Origin: Owenia fusiformis
Taxonomy: Eukaryota
NCBI GenBank assembly: GCA_903813345.2
Contig: CAIIXF020000001.1
Span: 33,852,001 to 33,916,000 of the forward strand
Direction of reading: 5' to 3'
Length of the DNA stretch: 64,000 bases
The notes beneath the pieces are model-generated. The model ran no database searches. It had not been told where the DNA came from and saw only the letters and a program-made list of their open reading frames with translations. Shown piece by piece: positions 39,308-51,929 of the stretch. The position numbers and the translations under genes were made by a program. The first letter of the stretch is position 1. Every line of letters starts with the position of its first letter.

Positions 39308-40129
39308 TCGTGTGTCCCAAAAAAATGAGACACTTTTTGCCAAGTATTTTCTCGGCAACTGATTGACTAAATTCACTGAGAATTTGTACAACTTAGCCTG
39401 GGGGTATGATTAGCAAGTTGTAAAAATATGAAAAAGATCAAGTAAATATTCTGCGAGTAATAAGAAATTCAAAATAGCATGTCAAAATTCCCAATACCGA
39501 AGCTCTGCGATGAGATCTCTATAGTGTTTGTACCAGTTATCAGGTGATAGCATTTGTTAATAAGTCAAAATAGCTTGTCTGTGTGTCATGTCTACTTAAT
39601 TCATTTCATTCTTCCCAAATATCCAAAATCCATTCATTCTCAAAATTCATTGGAGGTGATATTGTTAGAATAAATACGGAAAGATATTTTGCTCGAAAAA
39701 GAATTAATAAGTGAGATTGACACCGATATTGGTTATTCTGACATACTGTCTTTAATTCAACAATACACACATAATATGAAGCCAATCTCTGACATATTCA
39801 TTGCACTAGCAGAAGATACACTAAATTGCCTCAAGTAAAGATTTCAAGTGATTAAGCTCATCTATTTCTGAGAAATTACTTGTCGAATTGCTTCCCTTTT
39901 TTGGTACAAATGCGATGAAATTCTCATTGCATTGCTCCGGTATGGGGTATTTTGACATGCTATCTTGAATTTCTTAGTACTCACATACAATTTATCTGAT
40001 CTTTTTTATATTTCTGTACCTTTCTAATGATACTCCAGGACTACTTTGTACAAATTTTCCAAAAATTTGGTTCATCAGTTGCCGAGAAAATACTTGTCAA
40101 AACATGTCTCATTTTTTTGGGACACCCGA
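39308..40129. mobile_element. Tc1/mariner-type MITE with ~210-bp TIRs
   Basis: TA|TCGTGTGTCCCAAAAAAATGAGAC ... GTCTCATTTTTTTGGGACACCCGA|TA. Confidence 0.85.
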
Positions 40130-40311
40130 TATATACATGACATTGTTTAACCCATACTTGGACGTATATTGGACGTATATTGGGAATATTTGAGAGAACA
40201 GGAAAATCCGCCCACGGTCAAGAAAACAAAACTGGACATGAATATTCTAAAATATTTCCACGATTGAACAATGTGAACCAGATGACCAAGATTGGTATGA
40301 GATAAACACAC

Positions 40312-40449
40312 TATCCTATAGTCGGTTCAGGGTATTGGGATTATCCCTTGGCCAATATAATATATTTTCCCTCGGGACCTTCGGCCCTCGGGCAGATATA
40401 TTATAATTGCCTCGGGATAATCCAAATATCCTGAACCTCATGTAGGATA
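40312..40449. repeat. Imperfect palindrome, ~140 bp (Crypton-like non-autonomous element)
   Basis: TATCCTA..GGTTCAGG..GGATTATCCC vs GGGATAATCC..CCTGAACC..TAGGATA around the centre CCCTCGGGACCTTCGGCCCTCGGG. Confidence 0.6.
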
Positions 40450-40921
40450 ATCTCTATATATGTCACGTTTCTGTAAGATATCAATTCTGTTCACCTGATA
40501 TGACTTGCAGAAATAAATAGGAAGTAATCGTTTAGTTGATTGAATTATGGAAGTAGTGAAGTCAATGATTTAATGAATAAGAGCAAATGTTTTTAATTTG
40601 AACAGGTCATTCATCAAATGACACTGAAGATTAACTTAAAATAGATTGTCTGTCTATATATTTTTATGCATAAGAGACATGTTATAATGTTAGTGAACTA
40701 ATGATTATGATAATTTCACCTGTTCACATCCAGTTCCTATCATGATTGAAAACTGACCGGGAGTAATTCTCTTCAAATTATTTACTCATTATGAACAGAA
40801 ATTTAATATTTAAATCGCCAAGAAGGCGTAAATAAATGTCAATTTGACGTTTAATCAAAATCTGTCAATAATTTACTGATTACTTGCACATTTGAAGAGG
40901 TAAAACTTACAGCAATCAACC

Positions 40922-43900
40922 CACCCCGGGTGATCAATATCCTGTGTTCCGAATTTCGTTCCAGCAAGTCAGTGACCCGAGTTGTGTTTTACTGAATCCC
41001 GACAAATATGGCGGCTAATTTGACAACAGACGATGTTGATGTCGACAATTATTCAAAACTTTCTGACAGCATAAGGTAAGACTGAATATAGAGTGGCGCA
41101 TTCGGTGCCTAAATATGTTTGCAACATTTTCTTAGTTGTTTATCCATATGCGTTGGGCATTACTGCTAATCGAAGCATAAGTAAACGTCACCTCATTTTC
41201 AACGCTCGCTGGAAAGTATGTCACCGAGCAGTTTTTGACCTTCTGTTAGTTAATGAGATAAACTGTTATCATGGTATAATTGCTGGGTAGACGTTCAAAG
41301 TATGTACCAACTCGTGCTTCCAGTGAATGTAAACCATTTCTTTGCATAAGCGTCCTAGAAGGCATAATAAGATATATTCCATAGTACCGAATAGGAATCG
41401 CCAGTGTTCCGACGCACTTCATGGATAAATGCTCATAGACTATTGAATCATAATGAACAGAAGCAGTGTATACTCACGTGTGATATCTTAATTTATCAAA
41501 AATAAGAATTGAATGCATTTGATAATATTGATACTTTGCCAACTTGACTGATTTTTTTCTAGTCTGAGTAATTAATAAATGAGTAGTGGATTTGATTAAT
41601 TGAGGATTTCCCATGTTAAAATATGTGAAAATTGTCAAGAGGCCACACACATCAGAGGATGAGAGTACAATACAACATGTGTAAATTATGAGACTATGTT
41701 GCAACACCTTCAAAGAATGGTCATTTAACAATCCACATTGCACATACTGTAGCAGGCATTTTTATGATATATTTTAACATTGTCACAAAAACCAGGGATT
41801 GACAAAAAATATAGCATATCATATAGCAGGTATATGCCAGGTATTGTAATATATTTCAACGTTTTCACTGTTAGAGTAGGCATTACAATTTACCCATAAA
41901 AATATAATAATATTGACAACAGGCTAAAAAGTCTTAGTAAGCCATAAATGTCACATAAAGGCGACGATCACACCAGGCTTTCACGATAGCATTGCTAAGG
42001 TAATAGTCCATGGTATGACTTCCGAATATGAAGGATCCGTAGCACACTATAGCGCAGCAACATTTGAAGCAATATTTATGAAGGTGTATATGTCTTGATT
42101 CTTTTAAAATACCATTTGCTGAAAAAACTTCCGGCTTTCGGGTCGAAAAATGTATTTCATCACAAGGGGTCAAAAAACGTAAATATTTTGATTCGAACTT
42201 TTATAAATTTTATAAGACACAGACCGTTATTCTAAGCATACGAACAAAAAAATTGATTATCATAATGTCAAAATTACTATGATTTTACTGTAGATGTCGG
42301 TGTTTAATTAGTGTAATTACACAAGTGTGTTTTTCAGATTTTGTTTGATTTTTCAAATATGAGCTAAGCCGATTCAACAAAATTGTATGGAATATTTAGG
42401 TAATTTTTTTTGATTGGGAACGTATCCGGGTAGTTTTCTTACCAGTTAAAACATTTTATTACCAGAATTTTTCCATATAATCGTAAAGGGTCTAACAACA
42501 AATTATTGTTGATGTTTTATAAAACATAATACAATAACAAATAGGTAAGATTCATATCTAATTCGATGTTACAGAGGTATTTGCATGTTCATATATTCCA
42601 AGGGCATGTCTAATAATCAATTAGAGTCATATGCAGTCGAACGCCTTACAATTCTTCCTCGACGTTAGTTGTGGCTATCATCAAGTTTTCTGATGGTTGT
42701 TTCTTCTTTGACCTTACCGAAGGATGCAATCAAATTTTAGGAAGATAATGATAACGATTTTTCTCAATTATTCATGAATTCGACCAAGTCTTGATGGTTG
42801 TTTCATAAGTAACTGAGCTATATCTAACTACGAGAAATAGAATTTTAGCTGTAGTCGCAATTAGTCAAGGAAGAGCAATAGGCCCACCTTTATTGATAAT
42901 GTTCACCGCTGAATAAAAGTTAATATCTTAAAACGTATTGAGACCCATTTTCATTCATTTGTAGCATTTATCTTATTAATACCCGAGAAACAATATAAAA
43001 TGTCGATACACTGATGACATAATCTTAATAACCTCAAACTTTTAGCTTAGAAACCTAAATCATATACTTAAAATCATATTTTATTATTTGCTATTGCATT
43101 GTGTACTCCAAATTGTAAAAGTTTGGAAGTTTATTTTTTGGAAATTTTTTGACCTCTGTTAATGGCAGGCATAATTTAGCCTTAAAGCCGGAAGTATATT
43201 AAACGGTTATAATAAAAATTATTAGGGGACATATGTAGGTATGCTAATGTTAGGTCAAATATCGCTGCGCTATAGTGTGCTACCAGCTCCTTTATTAGAC
43301 GTCCTAGAGATTTCATACCATGGACTATAATGGCAGGATCCATGCATAATTTATTAAATCAGGCCCGCAGATAGGAGGGGGGGGGGCTGGTCAGAAATTC
43401 TCTCAAAAACTTGCAGTTTTTCACCATTCTGAGGCCTGAGCACTTTTCACATGATTTTTTGCCAAAACAACAGATGCCAGCCAGATCATACTTATAGTAG
43501 AAGGCTAGGCTCAAATAAACCTCAAATTGAGGTATTATTATTATTATTATTATGAGCTTTATTATACTTGTATCCCACATTTGGGCAAAGTGTACAGCTT
43601 AAACAGAAAAAAAAATGAAAAAGCTTAACTAATTATCTATATAGTATATTAACTAATCAAAGGGTGCTTGATCATTGCAAGATTTTATTGGATGCATTTC
43701 GTGTTTTTTTCTCTCTCGATAAAAATATTAGATATATATTTTGCTAGTATATTTAATATTATTCCCTCTGAATTAAATAGAAACATTAATTTATGTTCCA
43801 CGTTATTCATGTTTTCTAAATTTTGACAGTGTTTTTTTATTTTATCCATGTAACTTGACCGAACATCTTTTAACTTATTGCATTCTAATAGGTAATGACA

Positions 43901-45033
43901 TTCTGAACCGGTTTTCTTGTTACACATTAAACATTTTCTTTCTTCAATAGGGGTAATTGGTTTTGTGTAACGACCTGTTTCGATTTCTAATTTATGTGCG
44001 CTAATTCTTAGCTTTGTCAAGTTATTTCTGTCTATTTCATTTTTGATTAAATCCAAGTAGGGTTCCTTGTTCCATTTTGCTTTTATTATCATTGAGTTAC
44101 TGATACTATACATACGATCGTGCTATCAAAACTGTCAAAAAGCCCCCCCCCCCCTTGGCAAAAACTCCACCCTTGGTAAAACCGCTCCCCAATGGTGAAT
44201 CCTGGATACGGGCCTGTAAATGGTCATCGTGGTTTTACCAGACAGCAATGCAATGTTTTGATTTGCACACATTTTTTATTTTTAAAAATCTAATTGAGAG
44301 CATCCTAATCATGTGAAAAGTTCAATTTTTTTGGAATAGTTATATTCTTTCTATAAAGTGGGTACACTTTTTGGGACACCCTGTATTTGCAGTTCAATGC
44401 CAATGTGGAAATCAATATACAGGGAAATTCGATCTTGAATTTGTAAAATAATAACAAGAAAGGTAGCACCAAATTAGCTTGATGTATTCATGAATGGATT
44501 CTCAAAAGTATACAAAATATATATAATCGTATTCTGTAGCTTCGGGACAATGACTATTCCTATTCGGTAGAATGGAATATATCTTTCAACGACTTCTATG
44601 ACGCTTATGAAAGATAATAGCTTGGATTCAAACATAGCACAAGTTGAGACATACTAATAAGGTATACTTTACAGTTATACAATGCTCAGAGTATCCATCA
44701 TTACTTACAGAAGGCAAAGAACGACTCGCTGATATCGTTTTCTGCGAGCTTTTCGAATTGGGTCATGTTGGTTTCATGCTTCGATTTGCATGAATAGCCT
44801 ACACATATGGATAATCGTTTATGAACATGTTGAAAACATATTCCAGCACCGAATGCATTACTCTATATTCATCCTTACCTTATGCTATCTGATTTGTTTG
44901 ACACATTTTCGTCACCTGGCTCGTCCAGTGGCGAACGAGACGCCATATTTATCGGGATTCAGTAAAAACACAACTCGGGTCACTGACTTGCTGGAGCGAA
45001 ATTCGGAACACAGGATATTGATCACCCGGGGTG
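40922..45033. mobile_element. Non-autonomous CAC-ended DNA transposon with 5-bp TSD (Transib/RAG-like signature), 4,112 bp
   Basis: TSD CAACC (40917-40921, 45034-45038); ~90-bp near-perfect TIR CACCCCGGGTGATCAATATCCTGTGTTCCG; diverged inverted similarity extends ~500 bp (41345-41412 vs 44542-44610). Confidence 0.85.
43533..44113 (-). mobile_element. 5'-truncated non-LTR retrotransposon (RTE-X/L2-like ORF2 C-terminus)
   Basis: ORF 43685-44113 'EPYL..LTKLRISAHKLEIETGRY..ERKCLMC..HYLLEC' (C-terminal CCHC), short 3' UTR and (TAA)n tail at ~43533-43553. Confidence 0.85.
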
Positions 45034-45689
45034 CAACCGAGGATTTACATGTTAACTCAATTGCATTTGTTTTTCGCGGGAAAAAGTTTCAGTCATTGAC
45101 GTCACAGATTTTTAAGCAGCTCATTATAATATTCATGAGCTGACTTTGTGGAAAGGTGAATAGTTGGTTTGGCAGCATTTTCAGTAAGAGGGAAGTCTTG
45201 GATGAAAATTCTACCTAGGTGATAGCTTCACAGAGTGGTACATAATTCTTTTTTCAGGGGTTAGCCCGCCATCCCCCAAAAACACCCCACCCCGGAAAAT
45301 AATTTTTTCATCTTCAATAATTTTAGATATCTTGATGTGTTTAAGTTACATACATAGATATTATATATATGAATCATTTGCAAAATAAATAATGCCAATT
45401 ACTCCTACAGAATTTGAAAAATAGTACAAAGTATGTACCCCAGGGGGCAAATTCGTGACCCATTTTCTTACTATTTAGAGCCTCACTTTTCAATCAGACA
45501 CTGGAAGACATTGAAAAATTGCATGTGAAGTGCCCAGTAGCAGGGCTATATGCCCTGAAAGGTTCAAACTGATTGAATCAGTAGGAGCCGAGAAAAAAAT
45601 TGTTGATTTTTTTGAAAAATTTGACATTTTTGAGAGGGGTGATTTTGTGTATGACTATAGCTGATGCCTATGGTTTCCAGATCTATCCC

Positions 45690-46760
45690 TCTTTGATGAT
45701 AAATATGGTTTTGAGGTATAGAACTAAGATGTAAAAAATAATTAAAATGGGTTTTAAGGAAGTTTAATGTATAAACAAGTTCAAAATTCAAAGAATTGTA
45801 CAATATCAGGTCTGAATTTACAAATTTTAGTTAAAACCTTGGATGAGCCTTAGATTTTTTTTACATCTGTCCCCCTTTGATGATATTTATGGCTTTGTAG
45901 TGTGGAACTAAGATGTACAAAATAATTTAGATGTTTTTTTAGAAGGTTTAAGGATTTTAACAAGTTCAAAATTTGAAGAATTGTACAATATCAGGTCTGA
46001 ATTTACGAATTTCAGGTAAGACCTTTGGCGAGCCATATATTTTTCACATCTGTCCCTCTTTGATGATATTTATGGTTTTGTAGTGTGAAACTAATATGTA
46101 AGAAATAACCTAGATGGTGTTGAAGAAGGTTTAAGGAATTTAATGAGTCCAAGATTTGAAGAATTGTACAATATCAGGTCTGAATTTACGAATTTAAGGT
46201 ATGACCTTGGATGACCCTTATGTTTTTATATCTGTCCCTCTTTAATGATATTTATGCTTTTATAGTAACAAACTAAAATGTAAAATATAATTTAGATGAA
46301 TTTTAAGAATGTTTAAGGACTTTAGGATTTTAACAAGTTCAAAATTTGAAAAATTGTATAATATCCGGTCTGAATTTACGAATTTCAGGTACGCCTTTGG
46401 TGAGCCATATATTGTTTACATTTGTCCCTCTTTGAAGATATGTATGGTATTGTAGTGTGGAACTAAGATGTAAAAAAAACAATAAAGATGGATTTTAAGA
46501 AGGTTTAAGGATTTTCACATGTTTAAAATTTGAAAAATTGTATAATATCCGGTCTGAATTTACGAACTCAGGTAAGACCTTTGGTGAGCCATATATTGTT
46601 TACATTTGTCCCTCTTTGAAGATGGTTTTGAAATGTAGAACTAAGATGTAAAAAAGATGTAAAAAACAATTAAGATGGATTTTAAGAAGGTTTAAGGATT
46701 TTCACATGTTCAAAATCTTGGCGCATTGTACAATATTAATTCGGCAATTAACACTACATT
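45690..46760. repeat. Tandem array, ~185-bp unit, ~6 copies
   Basis: TTGTACAATATCAGGTCTGAATTTAC at ~45796, 45981, 46164, 46354 and 46537, partial at 46726. Confidence 0.9.
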
Positions 46761-47276
46761 TCAAGTATAACCTTGGTTGGCTCTAAACATTTACAAAAAA
46801 TTGTTGACATGGGGTCCCAATTTATAATTTTTCATGGGTTCTTCACTTGAAAGAAAACATTTTTTAAATAAAAACCACTGTATTTATGCCCAGAAAGTAC
46901 TCATGGTGAAATATATGACCGTCTAAAATCACTTGCCATACTGCACATGGACCTTTTTGAATATTTCTGGCTTATGTCATTCCTTTTCATGTCTATTTGC
47001 TAATAATCCCCAAAGTGCACCCTTTATTTCAGGAAAACTAAAGATTTCTACAATAATGTATTATTAATTCCTGTGATCCCTCTCCCAATAAAATAACAAA
47101 ACAAGGCGTGTGCGGTTGGTTAGATGGCAGAAGCTTGTCTGTTAGACTGGTCATCGCCGGGAGGGGTGTGAGTGTGGACACCGCGATTCCCGGGGTTACG
47201 ATGGTCAGTCTAAGACGCTGCGTTTTTACAAAACCCATTTACGCAACTCGACAGCCCCCGCCACCGATATTATTAA

Positions 47277-47463
47277 ATGCACCAGTGTTTCAGGCAGGCA
47301 TGTGAAATTTGTAACATGCACCAGTGTTTCAGGCAGGCATGGTAAGTTTGTAACATGCCCCGGTGTTTCTGGCAGACATGTGAAGTTTGTAACATGCACG
47401 TCGAGTGTTTCAGGCAGGCATGCGAAGTTTTGTAACATGCACCAGTGTTTCAGGCAGGCATGT
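47277..47463. repeat. Minisatellite, ~39-bp unit x ~5 (TGCACCAGTGTTTCAGGCAGGCATGTGAAATTTGTAACA)
   Basis: Tandem copies read directly. Confidence 0.9.
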
Positions 47464-49279
47464 GGAGACAACAAGAAGGCACCTTTTTGGGACAGGCCTA
47501 TATTGACATGAATTCGTGCGCCCTTTCAAGGCAAGCATGAATTATATGATCTGAAATAAAAAAAAAAAGAAATAAGGGGTGATGGTGGGTGGGGAAAAGG
47601 TTGTAATACAGTAAAAAACGTATGAATGATGGTATTGTAAGAATAATGAAAACGAGTATGTTGACTGTTGACTGACTGAATACAAGATGCTCGAATGTAT
47701 AGTTACTGAAGTGTGTGGAGCGAGAAGAGATACGCAAGAGGCGTAACGTATTGGTCGAGTGATCAATTCCATTAACCTGGTTTTAATTCAAAAACACAAA
47801 GTGCACCCTTTATTTCAGGAAAACTAAAGATTTCTACAATAATGTATTATTAATTCCTGTGATCCCTCTCCCAATAAAATAACAAAACAAGGCGTGTGCG
47901 GTTGGTTAGATGGCAGAAGCTTGTCTGTTAGACTGGTCATCGCCGGGAGGGGTGTGAGTGTGGACACCGCGATTCCCGGGGTTACGATGGTCAGTCTAAG
48001 ACGCTGCGTTTTTACAAAACCCATTTACGCAACTCGACAGCCCCCAAAACCGCCAAACCGCACACATGAGCCCCTAGTCCTTAAGATAAGGTTATGACGT
48101 CTAAGCAACAGGTGTCGGTACGGACCCTAAATATGGAAAACAAAGTTGTTACCACAAAGTGAAGTATCCTCTAGGCGAAATCTAAAATATCGAGGACCGT
48201 ATAGTAAATAAGATAAGAGGGATTGTAAAAATGCATAGGGGTTAAATAAAGGTACAATGACACAAAGTAATTTAAAATTGCCGATATGATATCAAACAAA
48301 ATTACAGCGAAGAGGAATGCACATGTAACATGTATGAACGCACATGAAAGAAGAATTCAATTGACACGCAAAGTTCACATTCATTCAGGCTTCGTGACTG
48401 CTGGGCAGTTAGATAAGCAATTTGTCGTCCTATACCCTGTGAATGTGTGATATTTTCTAAAATCAAACGTGTTCATTCAATTGCAAAATGCACTGGCAAA
48501 TGATCAAACTTGAAATTAGCTTCGTGTGTGAGCCTTGGTAGCCTCTCCTGTGTGGGAAAAAACCTGCGGAAAATCAGGAATTGATTGCGATAGGCTCGAA
48601 ATGACTGTTGATCCCATGATAAAATCTTAATATGCAAAAGAAAAACGCAAAACATGCATGTATCATAAGATATAAATGGTTTTACAGCAAAGCTTACGCC
48701 TAAGATAAATAACACAGTGTACGTATAGAAGTCGCATATATCGCGAGAAACAGCAGGTCATGACCATGAATATTTCTAGAAAGGAACTTACTGAAGACTA
48801 TGAATAATCATGATGTATCATCAAGTGCTGAACCTACGAATGCACGCCCAAAGACAGGGCATTGACAACGTGCGACCCGCTCATGGGTTGATGCGTGATG
48901 GTTAGATAGTAAATGGTGAAGCAAGTTTCGGGTCGCATTTACATAAAGATATCCATGCTATGCTGTTCTAAAATGACAATGTTGAGCCTTAAAGAAAATA
49001 TAATCAGATTTCCTCTGATGCTTAAAATATCGAAATGTTGATAATCTGTAATTAAGAACCAATATGCATGCATCCTTGGTATTCGAAAATTGGACATTGA
49101 TTTGTGGAATTTCAAGATTCAGGGGGACGCTTCTGGACTCTGAAAAGGGAAATTAATAAGAAAGAGAAATGCCATGATCAAAACACAGTGAGATGTCTCT
49201 CGCCATTCACTTTGCTACTCTGCTCAATGCGTGAAGGCATGTGCATGTGACTTAGCTGAAATAACGAGCATAATATTAA

Positions 49280-49633
49280 GGCAGAATCAGATTTATGGGG
49301 GTGACAAAATTACAATCAACTTGTTCAATTGAACAGCCAGCCAATCTATTCCTTACAATCCCAAATACAATATCCCAAAAGATCCACTACACATCATAAA
49401 TCGGTAAAGTCATAATGGGTTCAAAGTTCGAAAATAGGTGCAAAATGTTTAAATTCTTCAAAATGATAAAAATAGTAACCAGAAAATTACATTATCGTAC
49501 AAATGGTTAGTTTTCTTAAAATGAAATATACACTTTGGTGATTGTTAGAAAATAGACATGAAAAGGATTGACATAAGCCAGGAATATTCTAAAATATTTC
49601 TTGCTTGGCTGTTCGCTAGATCTGATTCTCTCT
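49280..49633. mobile_element. TTAA-flanked Kolobok-like MITE, copy 2
   Basis: TTAA|GGCAGAATCAGAT ... ATCTGATTCTCTCT|TTAA; homologous to 6289-6636. Confidence 0.75.
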
Positions 49634-51680
49634 TTAAATTGCATGAATAAACAAATATGGGTGTCGTTCGGTGTTGATTGCATTGTCAGTATAAACGTAC
49701 AGTTTCAGTGTGCAACGAAAACATGCTGAATTATGTTATCATCCTTAAGGCAGCTTAATGATGTAGGTAGCAGAACAGAAGTTATCAAAACAAAAATTAG
49801 GGAAGAAATGAATGTACGTTAAACCATGGGCTCTAGAGCCCATGGTTAAACGAAATGGCAAACAGAGCATGCGGCTGTGAAAACGACAATGCATCTAATA
49901 CTAAAATAATTCGCAATGCTTGAGCCATTTAAACCCCATTTAAAACGCCAAATTTGTCAATACAGTAGTATGTTGCGTGGAGAATAGAAATAGGTAAATA
50001 CCATTTGGACAAAGTTTAAACAATTTGAATTATCCATGCATTAAGAGGTAACCTAAACATGCGTGGTAAAAGTCTAAAGGTGATGACAACCACTTAAAGG
50101 TTCATTAGAAGCTATTTTAGATATCACATTGTTCATGCTATTAGGCTTTAAAGACCAGAATTCCATGCTACAACAAACGCATCGGAACACTAGGTCCTAC
50201 GATGACGTCAGTCTACTGACGCCTATATGATATGAATAGAAAAACTGAAATTCTGGTATTCAAAATGAAATCATGTCCAAAGTCAGTGACGTATTGTTAC
50301 AGAGAGTAGAATGCTGGAATCAATGGTATTGTTGTTCAATGTGACAATGTCACGACAATTCGTCAAACAGGTGGGGTATAGTTCATCACATAGAAACTGA
50401 GAAGCTAGCCATGCCATGTCGCAAGGGTTCTTTCTTCTGTTATTCCCTCACCATCTGATAATATGGTGTAGTTTCTTGATTGTTGTCTTCTTGCTTGTGT
50501 ATCTACATAGTTTAATCCGCCTTCGCGTAATCAAAACCATTCTTCGATATAGTTGTGTCTGGGTTAATCATACGAAAACATCCTTATAGTTATATAAAGA
50601 GGGGGGAGAATTTCTCTGATTCTCTATTCAGCTCCTGCGTTCGAGTATTGAAGCGATCAGTTCGGGCTGTGGGTGGAATCACGCTGGGTACTGGTCGGTT
50701 CTGGCTTTGAGTATCGAGACGATCGGTTCAGACAGTACGTCTGGCCAAGTTGTAGGTCTTTTGGTACTCATAGATAAATGCTTATTGATCGTTCCTTATA
50801 GCTGAAACCGATTCGAAACCCAGGAATCGTACGCCAAGTTTTGATTTGCGAACCTGAGGGTTTTGTAAATCGAGCTGACACATTTGTCCATGGAGAACGA
50901 CACGTGAGAATGGCTGATCGAGTGATGTGACTATTTATTTTCGGGCCAAGATCGCTCGGTAGATACTTTCTCCATACTATTATTTATCCTAGACTATATA
51001 AATCCCGCCTTCACTCGAATGTTATATAATGACGAACTGATGAAATGATCATCGAAAGTTTATCGCAAATGCCATCTGGTTCTGAAGCACATTGTGCACA
51101 TAATTACAAGGAGATATCCAAGATGTGAAAATATGTTCTATCTATCAGCCCAGTGCATCTGATGGGGCTGTTAATTAACTCTTTTTATACAACGTCTGTT
51201 CATCTCTTGAACATTTAAGTGTCCTTATTCACTAACGTGATTCTGTATCTCCAGTGGATTCAGAGACTCGTTCTAGGCAGTTTCTTCTTTTTTTTTTATG
51301 GTAAACCAAACTATTTCTGTTGCAACGTTGTTCGGCAAATGATGCTGATATCTGAAGACCATTGTCGTTCAAGAAAAAGTTGTAATACAGTAAAAAACGT
51401 ATGAATGATGGTATTGTAAGAATAATGAAAACGAGTATGTTGACTGTTGACTGACTGAATACAAGATGCTCGAATGTATAGTTACTGAAGTGTGTGGAGC
51501 GAGAAGAGATACGCAAGAGGCGTAACGTATTGGTCGAGTGATCAATTCCATTAACCTGGTTTTAATTCAAAAACACAATATTTTTCCATAAGAATGGTTA
51601 CCATTCTTATTATTTTGGGAGAATTAAACATTTTTCACCCATTTTTGCTTTTTGAATCCATTATTACTTCATCAATTTTT

Positions 51681-51926
51681 AACACATCGTGAATCTTTTT
51701 GGAGATATTGTATTTGAGATTGTAAGGAATAGATTGGTACATGAATTGTACATGTTGCTTGTAATTTTGTCACACCCATAGATCTGATTCTGCCTTTAAA
51801 CTTAACACATCGTGAATCTTTTTGGAGATATTGTATTTGAGATTGTAAGGAATAGATTGGTACATGAACTGTACATGTTGCTTGTAATTTTGTCACACCC
51901 ATAGATCTGATTCTGCCTTTAAACTT
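51681..51926. repeat. Tandem duplication of 123 bp covering the end of Kolobok-like MITE copy 3
   Basis: 51681-51803 and 51804-51926 differ at about one base; both end GATCTGATTCTGCCTTTAAACTT. Confidence 0.9.
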
Positions 51927-51929
51927 CCT

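Larger units (their letters stand above)
47066..51579 (-). mobile_element. Non-autonomous element with split direct repeats (PAT/Ngaro/TOC1-like tyrosine-recombinase retroelement layout)
   Basis: Repeat X 47011-47259 = 47797-48045; repeat Y 47600-47799 = 51379-51578; order X-Y-X-Y. Both ends share AAT; inserted in a Kolobok-like MITE; no long ORF. Strand assigned by analogy only. Confidence 0.65.

Noticed and set aside
40922..41010. Canonical RSS heptamer/nonamer in the CAC-ended TIR
   Set aside because: Only CAC is shared; no CACAGTG heptamer or correctly oriented nonamer, and the arms are symmetric rather than 12/23-like.
48700..48960. Possible YR C-terminal relic on the minus strand ('CFSRYMRL') in the split-repeat element
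   Set aside because: Too short and degenerate; HxxR and GRW motifs not recoverable.
47038..51902. Duplicated short ORFs (e.g. 47038/47824, 47498/51232, 51672)
   Set aside because: By-products of DNA repeats, with no protein-like features.
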